Positions 46,281-55,921 of a stretch of 64,000 nucleotides of DNA are shown here, in pieces. Both the position numbers and the translations under genes were made by a program. The notes beneath the pieces were generated by a model, which saw only the letters and a program-made list of their open reading frames with translations, had not been told where the DNA came from and made no database searches. Numbering within the stretch: the first letter of the stretch is position 1; every line of letters starts with the position of its first letter. The DNA comes from Candidatus Latescibacterota bacterium (GTDB lineage Bacteria > Latescibacterota > UBA2968 > UBA8231), in contig CBDCDC010000002.1 in the NCBI GenBank assembly GCA_965215195.1, positions 2,720,001 through 2,784,000 on the forward strand, read 5' to 3'.

Positions 46281-46892
46281 ATGAATCGGGATAGAAAAGA
46301 CCCTGTGACGATGGCCTTTGGCGTCTTGTTGGTGGTGTTGCTGCCGACCTGTTTCCTGTTGGCAAGCCGCTATCAGTCGCTCGATGAGCGCGAGTTGCAG
46401 CCGAAGCCCTTTGTACCCGCGCCTTCCCCGGAGGTGCTGTTGGCGCAAGTGAGCCACGTTGCATCCGACAGTACGCTCCAACTCCAACAGGTATGGGCTG
46501 CCGAGCCGGAACCGACTTCTGGTTTGGTGGCCGACTACCAAGTCATGCGCGGCGACGAGGCGGTCTATCGGCTGGTGCTGTTCCGCTACGACATCGCTTG
46601 TCGTGTGTGCCGGGACGTGCTGGCTGCCGCCCTGTACGAGGGCGACACACTGGCGCAGATCCTCCTGCTCGACGAGTGGGAGGTGCGCGGCGAGCGGGTG
46701 GATACCGCACGCTTTTTGCGCCAATTCGCCGGTCGCTCGGTGGCGGAGGAACTGGCGCTTGAGTCTAATGTCGATGGAATCAGCGGGGCCACGTTTTCAA
46801 CCGGGGGCTTGGTCGAACAACTCAACACCGCGGCGGCGTGGGTGCGGGGGCATCCGCTGGAGACGCCCGCAAGCGAGGAGAAACGACTGTGA
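46281..46892 (+). CDS. Membrane-anchored FMN-binding (RnfG/NqrC-type) domain protein with CxxC
   Basis: N-terminal TM, CRVC, FLRQFAG...VDGISGATFST (covalent flavinylation motif). Confidence 0.8.
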   Translation: MNRDRKDPVTMAFGVLLVVLLPTCFLLASRYQSLDERELQPKPFVPAPSPEVLLAQVSHVASDSTLQLQQVWAAEPEPTSGLVADYQVMRGDEAVYRLVLFRYDIACRVCRDVLAAALYEGDTLAQILLLDEWEVRGERVDTARFLRQFAGRSVAEELALESNVDGISGATFSTGGLVEQLNTAAAWVRGHPLETPASEEKRL

Positions 46893-47428
46893 ACGCTCTC
46901 AGACCCAATCGCGGGGCTACGACTTTGATCGTGGCCACGGGCATCCTGTTGGGGGCCTGTACCTTCTTGGCGGCCAAGATCGTCAACCCCCCTCCCATTG
47001 ATCCGCTCGATGTGGAGTTTTGGGATTTGCTGGGTACGCAAGCGGCCGTGCTGGAATTAGAAGATCTGGCGGGCACGGGCACGGTTTCTAACGCGCAATT
47101 TGTGAACCAGCCCTATTTGCTCATTTTCGCCGACTCTGAATGCAGTGCCTGCGAGAGCATCTATCCGCACCTGCTGCGCGCCTCGCAGGTACAAGGAGTG
47201 AATGTCCTGTTCATTGCCTCGGGCGACCGGCCGGCGATGCACGACAAAATGGAGGAACACAGTTTTGCGTTCCCCGTCGCCTTTGATTCCCTGTTGACGG
47301 CGAATGCGCCTTTTGCGGTAAAGGCTTTTCCGGCCGCTGTCTTGGTGGATGCCGAAGGCAACATTGCCAAAGCCGCTACCGGCGACCAGACCGCCATAGC
47401 CGTAATACGCTTGGCTGGAAGGTCCTGA
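46889..47428 (+). CDS. TlpA/MauD-like thioredoxin-fold protein
   Basis: N-terminal TM, FADSECSAC, FPVAFD, AFPAAVLVDAEG. GTG overlaps the upstream TGA. Confidence 0.82.
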   Translation: MNALRPNRGATTLIVATGILLGACTFLAAKIVNPPPIDPLDVEFWDLLGTQAAVLELEDLAGTGTVSNAQFVNQPYLLIFADSECSACESIYPHLLRASQVQGVNVLFIASGDRPAMHDKMEEHSFAFPVAFDSLLTANAPFAVKAFPAAVLVDAEGNIAKAATGDQTAIAVIRLAGRS

Positions 47429-47443
47429 AAGGATGAATGCGCC

Positions 47444-48010
47444 ATGCAATTTGTAACGCTCTTGCGTCGTCCGGTGGTGTGGACGGTGATGGCCTGTGCC
47501 GCAGTCGTGCTCTTTTTGGCGTTGCGTCCCCCTTCGTCGGCCATCTCGCCCGTGGTCTGGACCGAGCCGTCGGCCAACCCTCTGTCCAAGGTGCTGCGAT
47601 CGGGGGATGCTGCGCCGGACTTCGCGCTGCCGGCCGTGCAGGGTGGCGTTGTAGCATTGAGTGCGTTGCAGGGAAAGTCCGCCCTGATCGCCTTTGTTAC
47701 GGCGGAATGCCCGTATTGTCAAAAATTAAACAAGCAACTCGAAGCCTTTGAACTGAATGCGGATCAACAACTCGTGTTCATCTGCACCGGGGAAGAGGGT
47801 GCGCGGAAGATTAGCGAGACCTATTCCTTTACGTACCCGGTGTTAATTGACTCGGCTGGCGCAGTCTCACAGGCGTACAAGACCCCCGGGGTGCCTACGG
47901 TGTATCAGATCGATACCGAGGGGACGGTGGTGGACTTGGTGGTGGGGTGGCCGCCGGCGTGGGAGTTTGTGCGGGGTTTTGGCCGAGTACAGCCGAGCGA
48001 AGGCTCTTGA
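47444..48010 (+). CDS. TlpA/MauD-like thiol-disulfide oxidoreductase
   Basis: N-terminal TM, GDAAPDFALP, FVTAECPYC, GVPTVYQIDTEG. Confidence 0.87.
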   Translation: MQFVTLLRRPVVWTVMACAAVVLFLALRPPSSAISPVVWTEPSANPLSKVLRSGDAAPDFALPAVQGGVVALSALQGKSALIAFVTAECPYCQKLNKQLEAFELNADQQLVFICTGEEGARKISETYSFTYPVLIDSAGAVSQAYKTPGVPTVYQIDTEGTVVDLVVGWPPAWEFVRGFGRVQPSEGS

Positions 48011-48039
48011 GGCCATTCGCTCAATGACCACTATGGCCC

Positions 48040-48138
48040 AGAAAGGAGGTGCTATCCCGTGTTCGCAGGTTTGATTCCAAGTCAGCGACCACAACGGTTC
48101 GCTGATCCTTTTTTCTATCACTCAAGGAGGATTTAGTT
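48040..48138 (+). promoter_or_regulatory. Conserved leader copy 1: strong SD, 25-aa uORF, hairpin and T-tract
   Basis: AGAAAGGAGGTG; uORF 48059-48136; hairpin TCAGCGACC-ACAAC-GGTTCGCTGA followed by TCCTTTTTT. Confidence 0.65.
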
Positions 48139-48495
48139 ATGAACTCTTTGCCTTTGTTCTTGCAGTCGGCGCTGCTGATGCCGCTGGTAGCCCCGCTGGT
48201 GGAGTTCGCCACGTCGACCAGCGGCCACGTTGAGCCGCGCCAGGGGTTGGCCTTGGGGTGGTTGGGCAGCGTGGTGGCTGGGCTGGCGGTGGTGTTCGGC
48301 ACGGCCGACCGGGCGCAGGCCGATTCCTGCTACGGGATATCCCCTGGCAGTCCCGGCACTTGGGTCTGCTCCAACGAGATGTGCGCCTTTGATCACCATG
48401 GAGACGGCCTAGCGGCGTATGACAAATACTATGTCCACAGTAGGTCTGACCATGGCTGCAGCAGCACGTCAAGGTCCTGTAGCTGTCCTCCGTGA
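48139..48495 (+). CDS. Cys-rich secreted peptide precursor (about 61-aa leader plus 57-aa 6-Cys core)
   Basis: SD AAGGAGG. Leader ...VEPRQGLALGWLGSVVAGLAVVFG..AQA is shared with the genes at 58140 and 59125; core DSCYGISPG...CSCPP. Confidence 0.8.
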   Translation: MNSLPLFLQSALLMPLVAPLVEFATSTSGHVEPRQGLALGWLGSVVAGLAVVFGTADRAQADSCYGISPGSPGTWVCSNEMCAFDHHGDGLAAYDKYYVHSRSDHGCSSTSRSCSCPP

Positions 48496-48562
48496 TCTAC
48501 CATCCGGGTATATCGCGGCTGTCCAAACAGGAGGATGGTTCTACAGTAAGTGCTGAGAGGTA

Positions 48563-48603
48563 TAGCCCATGTGGCACTCTCGGGCCGGGTGCCACATGGG
48601 CTA
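48563..48603 (+). terminator. 15-bp perfect stem-loop downstream of the peptide gene (mRNA stabiliser or partial terminator)
   Basis: TAGCCCATGTGGCAC-11 nt-GTGCCACATGGGCTA; no U-tract. Confidence 0.7.
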
Positions 48604-49074
48604 ATGGTCCTCTGTTCTACTGCGTCTATCCCTCGAATAGAGGTAGGGTGTTCGATCACCTAACACTTCTTCACTAACTCTGGAGGTGCATTATGCGCTG
48701 CTTGATCGTTGCGATTGGATTATTGGCGGCTCCGCTGGGAGTCTTGGCCATAACGTGGGATTTTGACGACGGCACTACTGGGGGCTGGACCGCCCACGAG
48801 AGCGAACTAGGCGATCTCAGGGCCATTACTCCCACCACAGTGTACAGCGAAGTCGAAGCCGGCGTCTGGCGCATTGCGCCGGTGCCGAATGGGCAGATAC
48901 CGGCCATTCGCTTGCTCTCGCCGCTGATTGGGGAAGACTCGGCTCTGTTCGACTCGATCACCCTCCGGCTGCGTATCCTCCACGATCGCCCCACCGGGGG
49001 GAACCTCCTGATGACGTGGTCCAATGCCGAGTCCCGACGCCGCAAGCAGGAAACGGGGGGCCACGAACTAAATA

Positions 49075-49959
49075 ACCAATGGTGCTAGTGGGCTACAAGC
49101 TAAATTCCGCGATGGACAACGGGACGAATCCATTTTCATCCGGTTGCAATCCATGCCACTGTGCCAGCAGGTTAAAGGCGGCCATGGCCGCGCTCAGATG
49201 CGCTCTAAAGTAGGCCCAAGCTCGATGGGTCTGTCGCTTGAACCGGCCAATGCGGGTCAGCATCGAAAAGACGGTCTCGATGACCATCCGGTCGCCCCAG
49301 GTTTTGCGGGGACACACTTTCAGATTAGCCGGATCACCTTCTTTGGCATGAAAGCCTTGGTCGCTGAGGAGGATCATCTGCTCTTCGTAGCGACCAATCA
49401 TCGGGTGAAAGACCGAATCGTGGACATTGGCCGTGTTACAATCCCAATCGACGATCAAGCCCCACTGGTTGACGATCAAGCCCAGCTTGCCGCCGACGAT
49501 CCAGCGGTGATTGGACAACCCTTTCTGGCCGATAGGGTGAGCGGAGCGGCCTTCGCGTACTGGATGGATCAACTCGATGCCATAGCTATCGATCACGCCT
49601 AAGGGGGTGGGGTCCGCTCGAAAGCGATCGGTCCAGTCCGCATGGGCGACAAACAGGCGGAACAAGCGGGTGCGTTCGGGCAGGCGCGGGAAAAAGGCGC
49701 GCCAATCGCGCACTACCCAGCGATAAAACGCCCGTTTGCCGTCCCCTTTGAGCGCATATAGAACCGCCAGGGTCACCGTTTCGCTGGGATATAAGGCGGC
49801 TTGGGGGTGTTTGGGCACATCGCCCATCTGGTTGTCGATCCGATAGAAGAGGGCTATTATAAACTCGGCCGTGGTCATGGGACGCTCCTTCGCTGGAAGG
49901 GGGGACACCCTCAGCGTAGGAACTACCTCGACCACGGTCAACTCACTAGCACCATTGGT
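49075..49959 (-). mobile_element. IS982-like element copy 2 (885 bp, intact ends)
   Basis: TIR ACCAATGGTGCTAGTG; 6-bp target duplication TAAATA. Confidence 0.9.
49093..49941 (-). CDS. IS982-like DDE transposase
   Basis: Near-identical to 37359-38207. Confidence 0.8.
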   Translation of the reverse strand: MTVVEVVPTLRVSPLPAKERPMTTAEFIIALFYRIDNQMGDVPKHPQAALYPSETVTLAVLYALKGDGKRAFYRWVVRDWRAFFPRLPERTRLFRLFVAHADWTDRFRADPTPLGVIDSYGIELIHPVREGRSAHPIGQKGLSNHRWIVGGKLGLIVNQWGLIVDWDCNTANVHDSVFHPMIGRYEEQMILLSDQGFHAKEGDPANLKVCPRKTWGDRMVIETVFSMLTRIGRFKRQTHRAWAYFRAHLSAAMAAFNLLAQWHGLQPDENGFVPLSIAEFSL

Positions 49960-51822
49960 TAAATAGCTTGTCGGGGTTTTATACGGGCCGTTATCAATAC
50001 TATCCCATCGAATGGGAAAACGTCACGATAGATATACGCGGCTTGGAAGCCGGGGCGGAAGCGAGACGACAAGAGCCGATTGCGACCATTTGGGCGGACA
50101 CGGCGATCACTTGGCAGGACACCCTCTTCCACGTGCAGCTAGACCTCAACGTAAACCGCGACCCCCAGGGTCCGGCCGATCATCCGGCCTTTGTCGAAGT
50201 CGATTGGATTCAACTGACGGGGGCTGAAGAGCTGCTGTTCGGGGAATTGCCGCCCCGGGCGGTCGCTGGGGCGGCCGGGGGGCCCGGAGCGTTATTCGCC
50301 GAGCCGCGTTTTTCTCTGCTGGGCTGGAGTATCGGTAGTCCTCCATTCTCGCAAGGTACGTTGGGCGATATAGATGGCGATGGGGATGCCGATCTGGTGG
50401 TGGTCTGGACGTACTTTGAGTCCATCAAAGTGACCGAAGGGACGTTTGATCGAACGACCCATGCAGGCTGGACGGTCGCGTCCAGCGATGGGTTGGGCGG
50501 CTTGGTCCCCACCCGAGAGGTGCTCCGCGGAGGCGAGCCCCTCATAGGCATTGCGGGGGACGACTTCAACGGGGATGGACTGCTTGATCTGGCCTTTCGT
50601 GGTGGTCGGACCCTCGAATTGTGGCTCAACCGGGGCGAGCATGGTTTTGAAACCATCCTTCAGCTATCCGATGTCTGGCTTGAAGGCCTAGCCGATGGCG
50701 ATGGCGACGGCGATGTGGACCTGTTGGTCACGGAATACGATCCCCTACGGGACGACTACGTATGGTCCGAAGTGATTATGTGGCTCAATGACGGTGCGGG
50801 CGGGTTTGCCCACCGCGATCGGTTCGTCCTCGACACCGAAGAAGAGTTCACGCCTAAGAAGCTGACGACGGGGCAACCGGTGGGCGAGGCCGTGCGCGTG
50901 TTGTGGACCGGAGGGTGCTATGCTGGAGGGGCTCGTCTGACCCAGCCATGGGCGGCCAGCGAGCCACCCCCGCTGTTTCTTGACGCCGAGCTCAATCCCT
51001 GCGACCTGCAGCTAATCACCGATCTGGATGGGGATGGGACGGTGGAGTTGATCGGGACGCCCGAGCGGAATCTATACTTCGACTTTCTTACTGGCATCAC
51101 CTACCACGGTTTGGCGCTGTGGCGGGTGGACGCTGCGGGCAGGGTGGAACGCCACACTCTGCTCGGTCCGCAGGTGATGGTGCCGGATGAGAATTATGGT
51201 GGGGTCCTTGCCCGCGACCTGACTGGTGATGGCCTGCTGGACTTGGCCGTGGTGGATGGCAACCCGGCGACGGGGCCGGCACTGATCGTCTTGGTCGGCC
51301 AGCGCGATGGGGTGCCCGTCGTCGAGGGGCGCTATCCCCTGCCGGGCGTGGGCAGCCAAGTGCTCGCCGGCGATGTCAACGGCGATGGGGCGACCGATCT
51401 GGTGGTGTTGGGCAGGAGTGTGGACGGCGGTTTGGGCGGGGCCTTCGTCTTTCTCAACCAGAGCAGTCCGATGACAGCCGTGGCCAGTGAGACCGCGATC
51501 ACGCCCTCCACCGTTGCCCTCGGCGCGAACTATCCCAATCCATTCAATCCGGCCACGACCCTCCCCGTATCGGTGGCGGCGGATGCGGGCGACGTGGCCG
51601 TAACCATCTACAACGTCTTGGGGCAGCCGGTGCGCGCGGTGTGGAACGGTCCGTTGGCGGCGGGCGAGCATCGGCTGACGTGGGATGGCCGAGACGGGCA
51701 GGGGCAATCCGTTGCCGCCGGGGTCTATCTGGTGCGGCTGCACCAAGGCGACCACACGCGCCTCCGCAAAATGGTCAAAATCGAATAGACGCCCCGAGTC
51801 TATCATCCTCAGGAGGTGCATT

Positions 51823-54015
51823 ATGCGCTGCTTGCTCATTGCGATTGGATTGTTGGCGGCTCCGCTGGGAGCTTTCGCCCTAACGTGGGATTTTGACGAG
51901 GGCACTACGTGGGGCTGGACCGCCCACGAGAGTGAATTAAACTTCGGCACTCTTAATCCCACCACGGTGTACAGCGAAGTCGAAGATGGTATCTGGCGCA
52001 TTGCGCCGGTGCCAAACGGACAGATACCGGCCATTCGCTTGCTCTCGCCGCTGATTGGGGAGGACTCGGCCTTGTTCGACCGGGTCACCCTCCGGCTGCG
52101 TATCATCCATAATCGCCCCACCGGGGGGAACCTCCTGATGGCGTGGTCCAATGGCGAATCCCGACGCCGCAAGCAGGAAGCGGGCCAACTTGGAAGCCGG
52201 TCGGAGTTTTATACGGGCCGTTATCAACTGTATCCCATCGAATGGGAAAATATCACGATAGATATTCGCGCCTTGGAAGCCGGTTTGGAAGCCAGACAAG
52301 AAGAGCCGATTGCGACCATTTGGGCGGATACCTCGATAGTTTGGCAGGACACTCTCTTCCACTTGCAATTAGACCTAAACTTGAACCATAACCCCGAGGG
52401 TCCGGCCGATCATCCTGAGTTTGTCGAAGTCGATTGGATTCAACTGACGGGGGCTGAAGAGTTGCTGTTCGGGGAATTGCAGCCCCGGGCGATCGCCAAG
52501 GCTGGGTTGCCCGGGGCGTTGTTTGCCGAACCGCGTTTTTCTGCTTTGGGTCCGGGTATCGGTAGCTTAGAATCGCAAGGTACTTTGGGCGATGTAGATG
52601 GCGATGGCGATGCCGACTTGGTGGTGGTCTGGACCCACGACACGGTCGTCAAAGTGACCGAAGGGACGTTTGAGAGGACGACCCAAGCGGGCTGGACGGT
52701 CGCGTCCAGCGACGGGTTGGGCGGCTTGGGTCCCACCCGAGAGGTGCTCCGCGGAGGCGGGCCCCTCATGGGCATTGCGGGGGACGACTTCAACGGGGAT
52801 GGACTGCTTGATCTGGCCTTTCGTGATGGTCGGACCCTCGAATTGTGGCTCAACCGGGGCGAGCATGGCTTTGAAACCATCCTCCAGCTATCCGACGTGT
52901 GGTTCGAGGGCTTAGCCGATGGCGATGGCGATGGCGATGTGGACCTGTTGGTCTGGGAGTTCGCCGACCGATTCCACCTACTAGAGTCGCAGGTGATTAT
53001 GTGGCTCAATGACGGCGCGGCCGGGTTTGCCCACCGCGATCGGTTCGTCCTCGACACCGAAGAAGACCTCCGTGCTTTCCTGCTGGCCGGGCAACCGGAG
53101 GGCGAGGCCGTGCGCCTGTTGTGGTCCCGACCGTCCTGCAAGCCTGGGGGGACTTTACGGCTGACCCAGCCGTGGGCGGCCAGCGAGCAGTCTCCGCTGT
53201 TTTTTGACGCCCCGCTCAATCCCTGCGACCTGCACCTGCTCACCGATCTGGACGGGGATGGGGCGGTGGAGTTGGTTGGGACACCCGAGCGGAATCTATA
53301 CTTCGACTTTGATGTTCTCACCACCTACCACGGTTTGGCGTTGTGGCGAGTGGACGCTGCGGGCGGGGTGGAACGCCACACTCTGCTCGGTCCGCAGGTG
53401 CTTCTGCCGGATCCGTATTTTGATGATGGGGTCCTTGCCCGCGACCTGACTGGCGATGGCCTGCTGGACTTGGCCGTAGTGGATGTCAACCCGGCGACGG
53501 GGCCGGCGCTGGTGGTGCTGGTCGGCCAGCGCGACGGGGTGCCCGTCGTCGAGGGGCGCTATCCCCTGCCGGGCGTGGGCGCCGAAGTGCTCGCCGGCGA
53601 TGTCAACGGCGATGGGGCGACCGATCTGGTGGTGTTGGGCAGGAGTGTGGAAGGGGGCGACGGCGGGGCCTTCGTCTTTCTCAACCAGAGCAGTCCGCTG
53701 ACAGCCGTGGCCAGTGAGACCGCGATCACGCCCTCCACCGTTGCCCTCGGCGCGAACTACCCCAATCCATTCAATCCGGCCACGACCCTCCCCGTATCGG
53801 TGGCGGCGGATGCGGGCGACGTGGATGTAACCATCTACAACGTCTTGGGGCAGCCGGTGCGCGAGGTGTGGAACGGTCCGTTGGCGGCGGGCGAGCATCG
53901 GCTGACGTGGGATGGCCGAGACGGGCAGGGGCAATCCGTCGCCGCCGGAGTCTATTTGTATCGGTTGCAGGTGGGCGAGCAGACACGCCTCCGCAAGATG
54001 GTCAAACTCGAATAG
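51823..54015 (+). CDS. Secreted FG-GAP/VCBS-repeat plus FlgD-Ig (T9SS-A-like) protein, copy 2
   Basis: SD AGGAGGT; signal peptide ending AFA; multiple DxDGDGxxDL loops; C-terminal NYPNPFNP...WDGRD...GVY...KMVKLE. Confidence 0.85.
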   Translation: MRCLLIAIGLLAAPLGAFALTWDFDEGTTWGWTAHESELNFGTLNPTTVYSEVEDGIWRIAPVPNGQIPAIRLLSPLIGEDSALFDRVTLRLRIIHNRPTGGNLLMAWSNGESRRRKQEAGQLGSRSEFYTGRYQLYPIEWENITIDIRALEAGLEARQEEPIATIWADTSIVWQDTLFHLQLDLNLNHNPEGPADHPEFVEVDWIQLTGAEELLFGELQPRAIAKAGLPGALFAEPRFSALGPGIGSLESQGTLGDVDGDGDADLVVVWTHDTVVKVTEGTFERTTQAGWTVASSDGLGGLGPTREVLRGGGPLMGIAGDDFNGDGLLDLAFRDGRTLELWLNRGEHGFETILQLSDVWFEGLADGDGDGDVDLLVWEFADRFHLLESQVIMWLNDGAAGFAHRDRFVLDTEEDLRAFLLAGQPEGEAVRLLWSRPSCKPGGTLRLTQPWAASEQSPLFFDAPLNPCDLHLLTDLDGDGAVELVGTPERNLYFDFDVLTTYHGLALWRVDAAGGVERHTLLGPQVLLPDPYFDDGVLARDLTGDGLLDLAVVDVNPATGPALVVLVGQRDGVPVVEGRYPLPGVGAEVLAGDVNGDGATDLVVLGRSVEGGDGGAFVFLNQSSPLTAVASETAITPSTVALGANYPNPFNPATTLPVSVAADAGDVDVTIYNVLGQPVREVWNGPLAAGEHRLTWDGRDGQGQSVAAGVYLYRLQVGEQTRLRKMVKLE

Positions 54016-54036
54016 ACACATGAACTGGGAGCGGAC

Positions 54037-54276
54037 ATGCTGGATAAATTGCGCCAACACATAGCGACTACCTTGCAGCGTTTGAGCGTCCGGCTAGAAC
54101 GAGCCGGTACGGTTGAAGGGCTGCCGCGCCACGAGTGTCCCGTATTGATCTTTTTTCACGGCTATAGCTTGGCCCATACCATACGTCCTCTAGTTGTAGG
54201 ACGAGCACTACGGGTGCGCGGCTATCCCGTAGAATTCGCGGGGGTGGGGCCTCACGCAGACCGAATCGCCGTGTAG
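54037..54276 (+). pseudogene. N-terminal fragment of a GT-B (GT1/GT28-like) glycosyltransferase
   Basis: LIFFHGYSLAHTIRPLVVGRALRVRGYPVEFAG resembles a GT-B N-terminus; truncated at 79 aa. Confidence 0.55.
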
Positions 54277-54281
54277 TAAGG

Positions 54282-54521
54282 TTGGACGCAGTGTTTGTCG
54301 ATCGCGATTTCCGCCAGCCGGCCCTCGTCGTCAACATGGGCAGAAAGAACGGTGTGCCACTGCGGGAAGGCCACTATCCACTGCAAGGGTTGGGCGGAAC
54401 GGTCATAAGCGGCGATGTGGATGGAGACGGGGACCTAGACTTGGCCGTGCTGGAAAATGCCGTGCGCGGTGGGGGCAGTGGCCTATACATCCTGTCTAAC
54501 CAAACCAAGACGGACGATTGA
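54282..54521 (+). pseudogene. C-terminal fragment of an FG-GAP protein lacking FlgD
   Basis: PALVVNMGRKNGVPLREGHYPLQGLGGTVISGDVDGDGDLDLAVL aligns with the last blade of the neighbouring paralogs. Confidence 0.65.
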
Positions 54522-54566
54522 ATAGGGGGGCGCGTGTTAGGTGCTGCCGAAAAGAGAGGGCATAAG

Positions 54567-55901
54567 ATGATAAGACGGCCATGGAAAGTCCCATTCCGAA
54601 AAAATAGAAAGCTGCAAAGCTGCTTGGCGTTGTCGCTGGCCTTGCATCTGCTGGTGATCTTCGGACTCCCGCGCCACGAGCGGGTCACTCACTTTCCCGT
54701 CCAACCGCCGATCATGGTGAAGTTTACCAAGAAGCGCCCGCTGCCGCGCACCCTCGCCCGCCGCCAACGGCCCCAGCAGCGCCCGTTGGTGCGCCGCCCC
54801 GCCCTGCAAGCGGCTCCGGTCGTAGCGATGCGGCCGGCTCCCTCGGCGACGCGCCCGCTACCGGTGTTCAAGTCGTCGGCTCTCCGACTGCCAACGGCGG
54901 CACTGCCGAATCAACTGGTGATGCCCGTGCCGGATTTCCCCGCTCGGCAGATTGGTCCATCCCTGCAGGCGGGGGCGCTGGAAGGGACGCGGCAAGGGGC
55001 CGACGAGATTGACTTGGCGTTGGAACTGCTGGATGTGGAAGCGATGGACACGGGTCAGCACCGGGCGATGGTGGTCGTCGATCCAAAAGACCGGCGTCAG
55101 CTCAAGGGCTTTCTCTATTTGTCGAGTGTCCACAGCGAAGCGCTTGAGCGCGCCGAGGCCAGCGCGGCTTCGGAGCGCAGCGGTGGGTGGTCGCGCAGCA
55201 TTGCCGAGCAGCGCATGCTGCAAGGACTCGCCGACAAAATGAGCGAGCGCACCGGCGTACATACCCAAGTGCTCGACGGCCTCGCCTTGGACGACCCGCG
55301 GCTGATGCAGGTGCCATTTCTGTTGCTGACGGTTCGGAGCCAAGTCGCCTTCACCCAAGCCGAAGCCAAAAACTTGGGACGTTATCTAACCTCGGGCGGG
55401 TTCCTCTATGCGGATATTGTCTCCCAGCCTCTCTCTCGCGCGGGCGGCTATCAACACGACTTGCCGGCGTTGCGCGATTTCATTCGCCAAGCCTTTGGGC
55501 AGATAGACTACGCCGAACACAAAGATTGGTCTTTCGTGCGGTTGCCGCCCGAGCACCCGCTCTACCATTGCTTCTACGACGTGGACTCCCTGCCGCGCGG
55601 CTTCTGGGACATCATGTTCTGGTATTGGAACACTGGGAGTCGCTTTGAATTGTCGCCCAATTACTTGGAGGGCATTGAGGTGGATGGCCGTATCGTGGGA
55701 GTTTACTCGCAGAAGTGCTACGCGGAAATGTGGGCTGGCGAGGCCGAGCGGATCCGCGAGGCGGATCGGGCTGCCGACAAAGCCGGTCGTTTTGACACGG
55801 GCGCGGATGAGTTGCCGGTCTATGACCTCGGCGTCAATATCGTGGTGTACGCGTTGACGCGGGAGGGATCACTGGCTCAACAATTCGTCGAGGCGGACTG
55901 A
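54567..55901 (+). CDS. DUF4159-domain protein with N-terminal TM and Pro/Arg-rich linker, copy 1
   Basis: SLALHLLV anchor; PFLLLT, YLTSGGFLYAD, LPPEHPLYHCFYD, LEGIEVDGR, LGVNIVVYALT. Confidence 0.78.
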   Translation: MIRRPWKVPFRKNRKLQSCLALSLALHLLVIFGLPRHERVTHFPVQPPIMVKFTKKRPLPRTLARRQRPQQRPLVRRPALQAAPVVAMRPAPSATRPLPVFKSSALRLPTAALPNQLVMPVPDFPARQIGPSLQAGALEGTRQGADEIDLALELLDVEAMDTGQHRAMVVVDPKDRRQLKGFLYLSSVHSEALERAEASAASERSGGWSRSIAEQRMLQGLADKMSERTGVHTQVLDGLALDDPRLMQVPFLLLTVRSQVAFTQAEAKNLGRYLTSGGFLYADIVSQPLSRAGGYQHDLPALRDFIRQAFGQIDYAEHKDWSFVRLPPEHPLYHCFYDVDSLPRGFWDIMFWYWNTGSRFELSPNYLEGIEVDGRIVGVYSQKCYAEMWAGEAERIREADRAADKAGRFDTGADELPVYDLGVNIVVYALTREGSLAQQFVEAD

Positions 55902-55921
55902 CCCCACTCTGGAGGTTCATT

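Larger units (their letters stand above)
48693..51788 (+). pseudogene. Secreted FG-GAP/VCBS-repeat plus FlgD-Ig protein, copy 1, interrupted by an IS982-like element
   Basis: Removing 49075-49965 restores the frame (...GGHELN-SLSGFYTGRY...), colinear with the paralogs at 51823 and 55922. Confidence 0.88.

Noticed and set aside
46889-48495. Methylamine/aromatic amine dehydrogenase (mau) cluster
   Set aside because: Despite MauD-like redoxins, the core is only 57 aa with one Trp and 6 Cys, unlike the TTQ small subunit. No MauB or MauG is present.
48492-48677. 61-aa ORF after the peptide, or selenocysteine read-through of its TGA
   Set aside because: The ORF spans the 15-bp hairpin and has no recognisable motif. 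Read-through adds only 17 unremarkable residues and I see no SECIS directly after the TGA.
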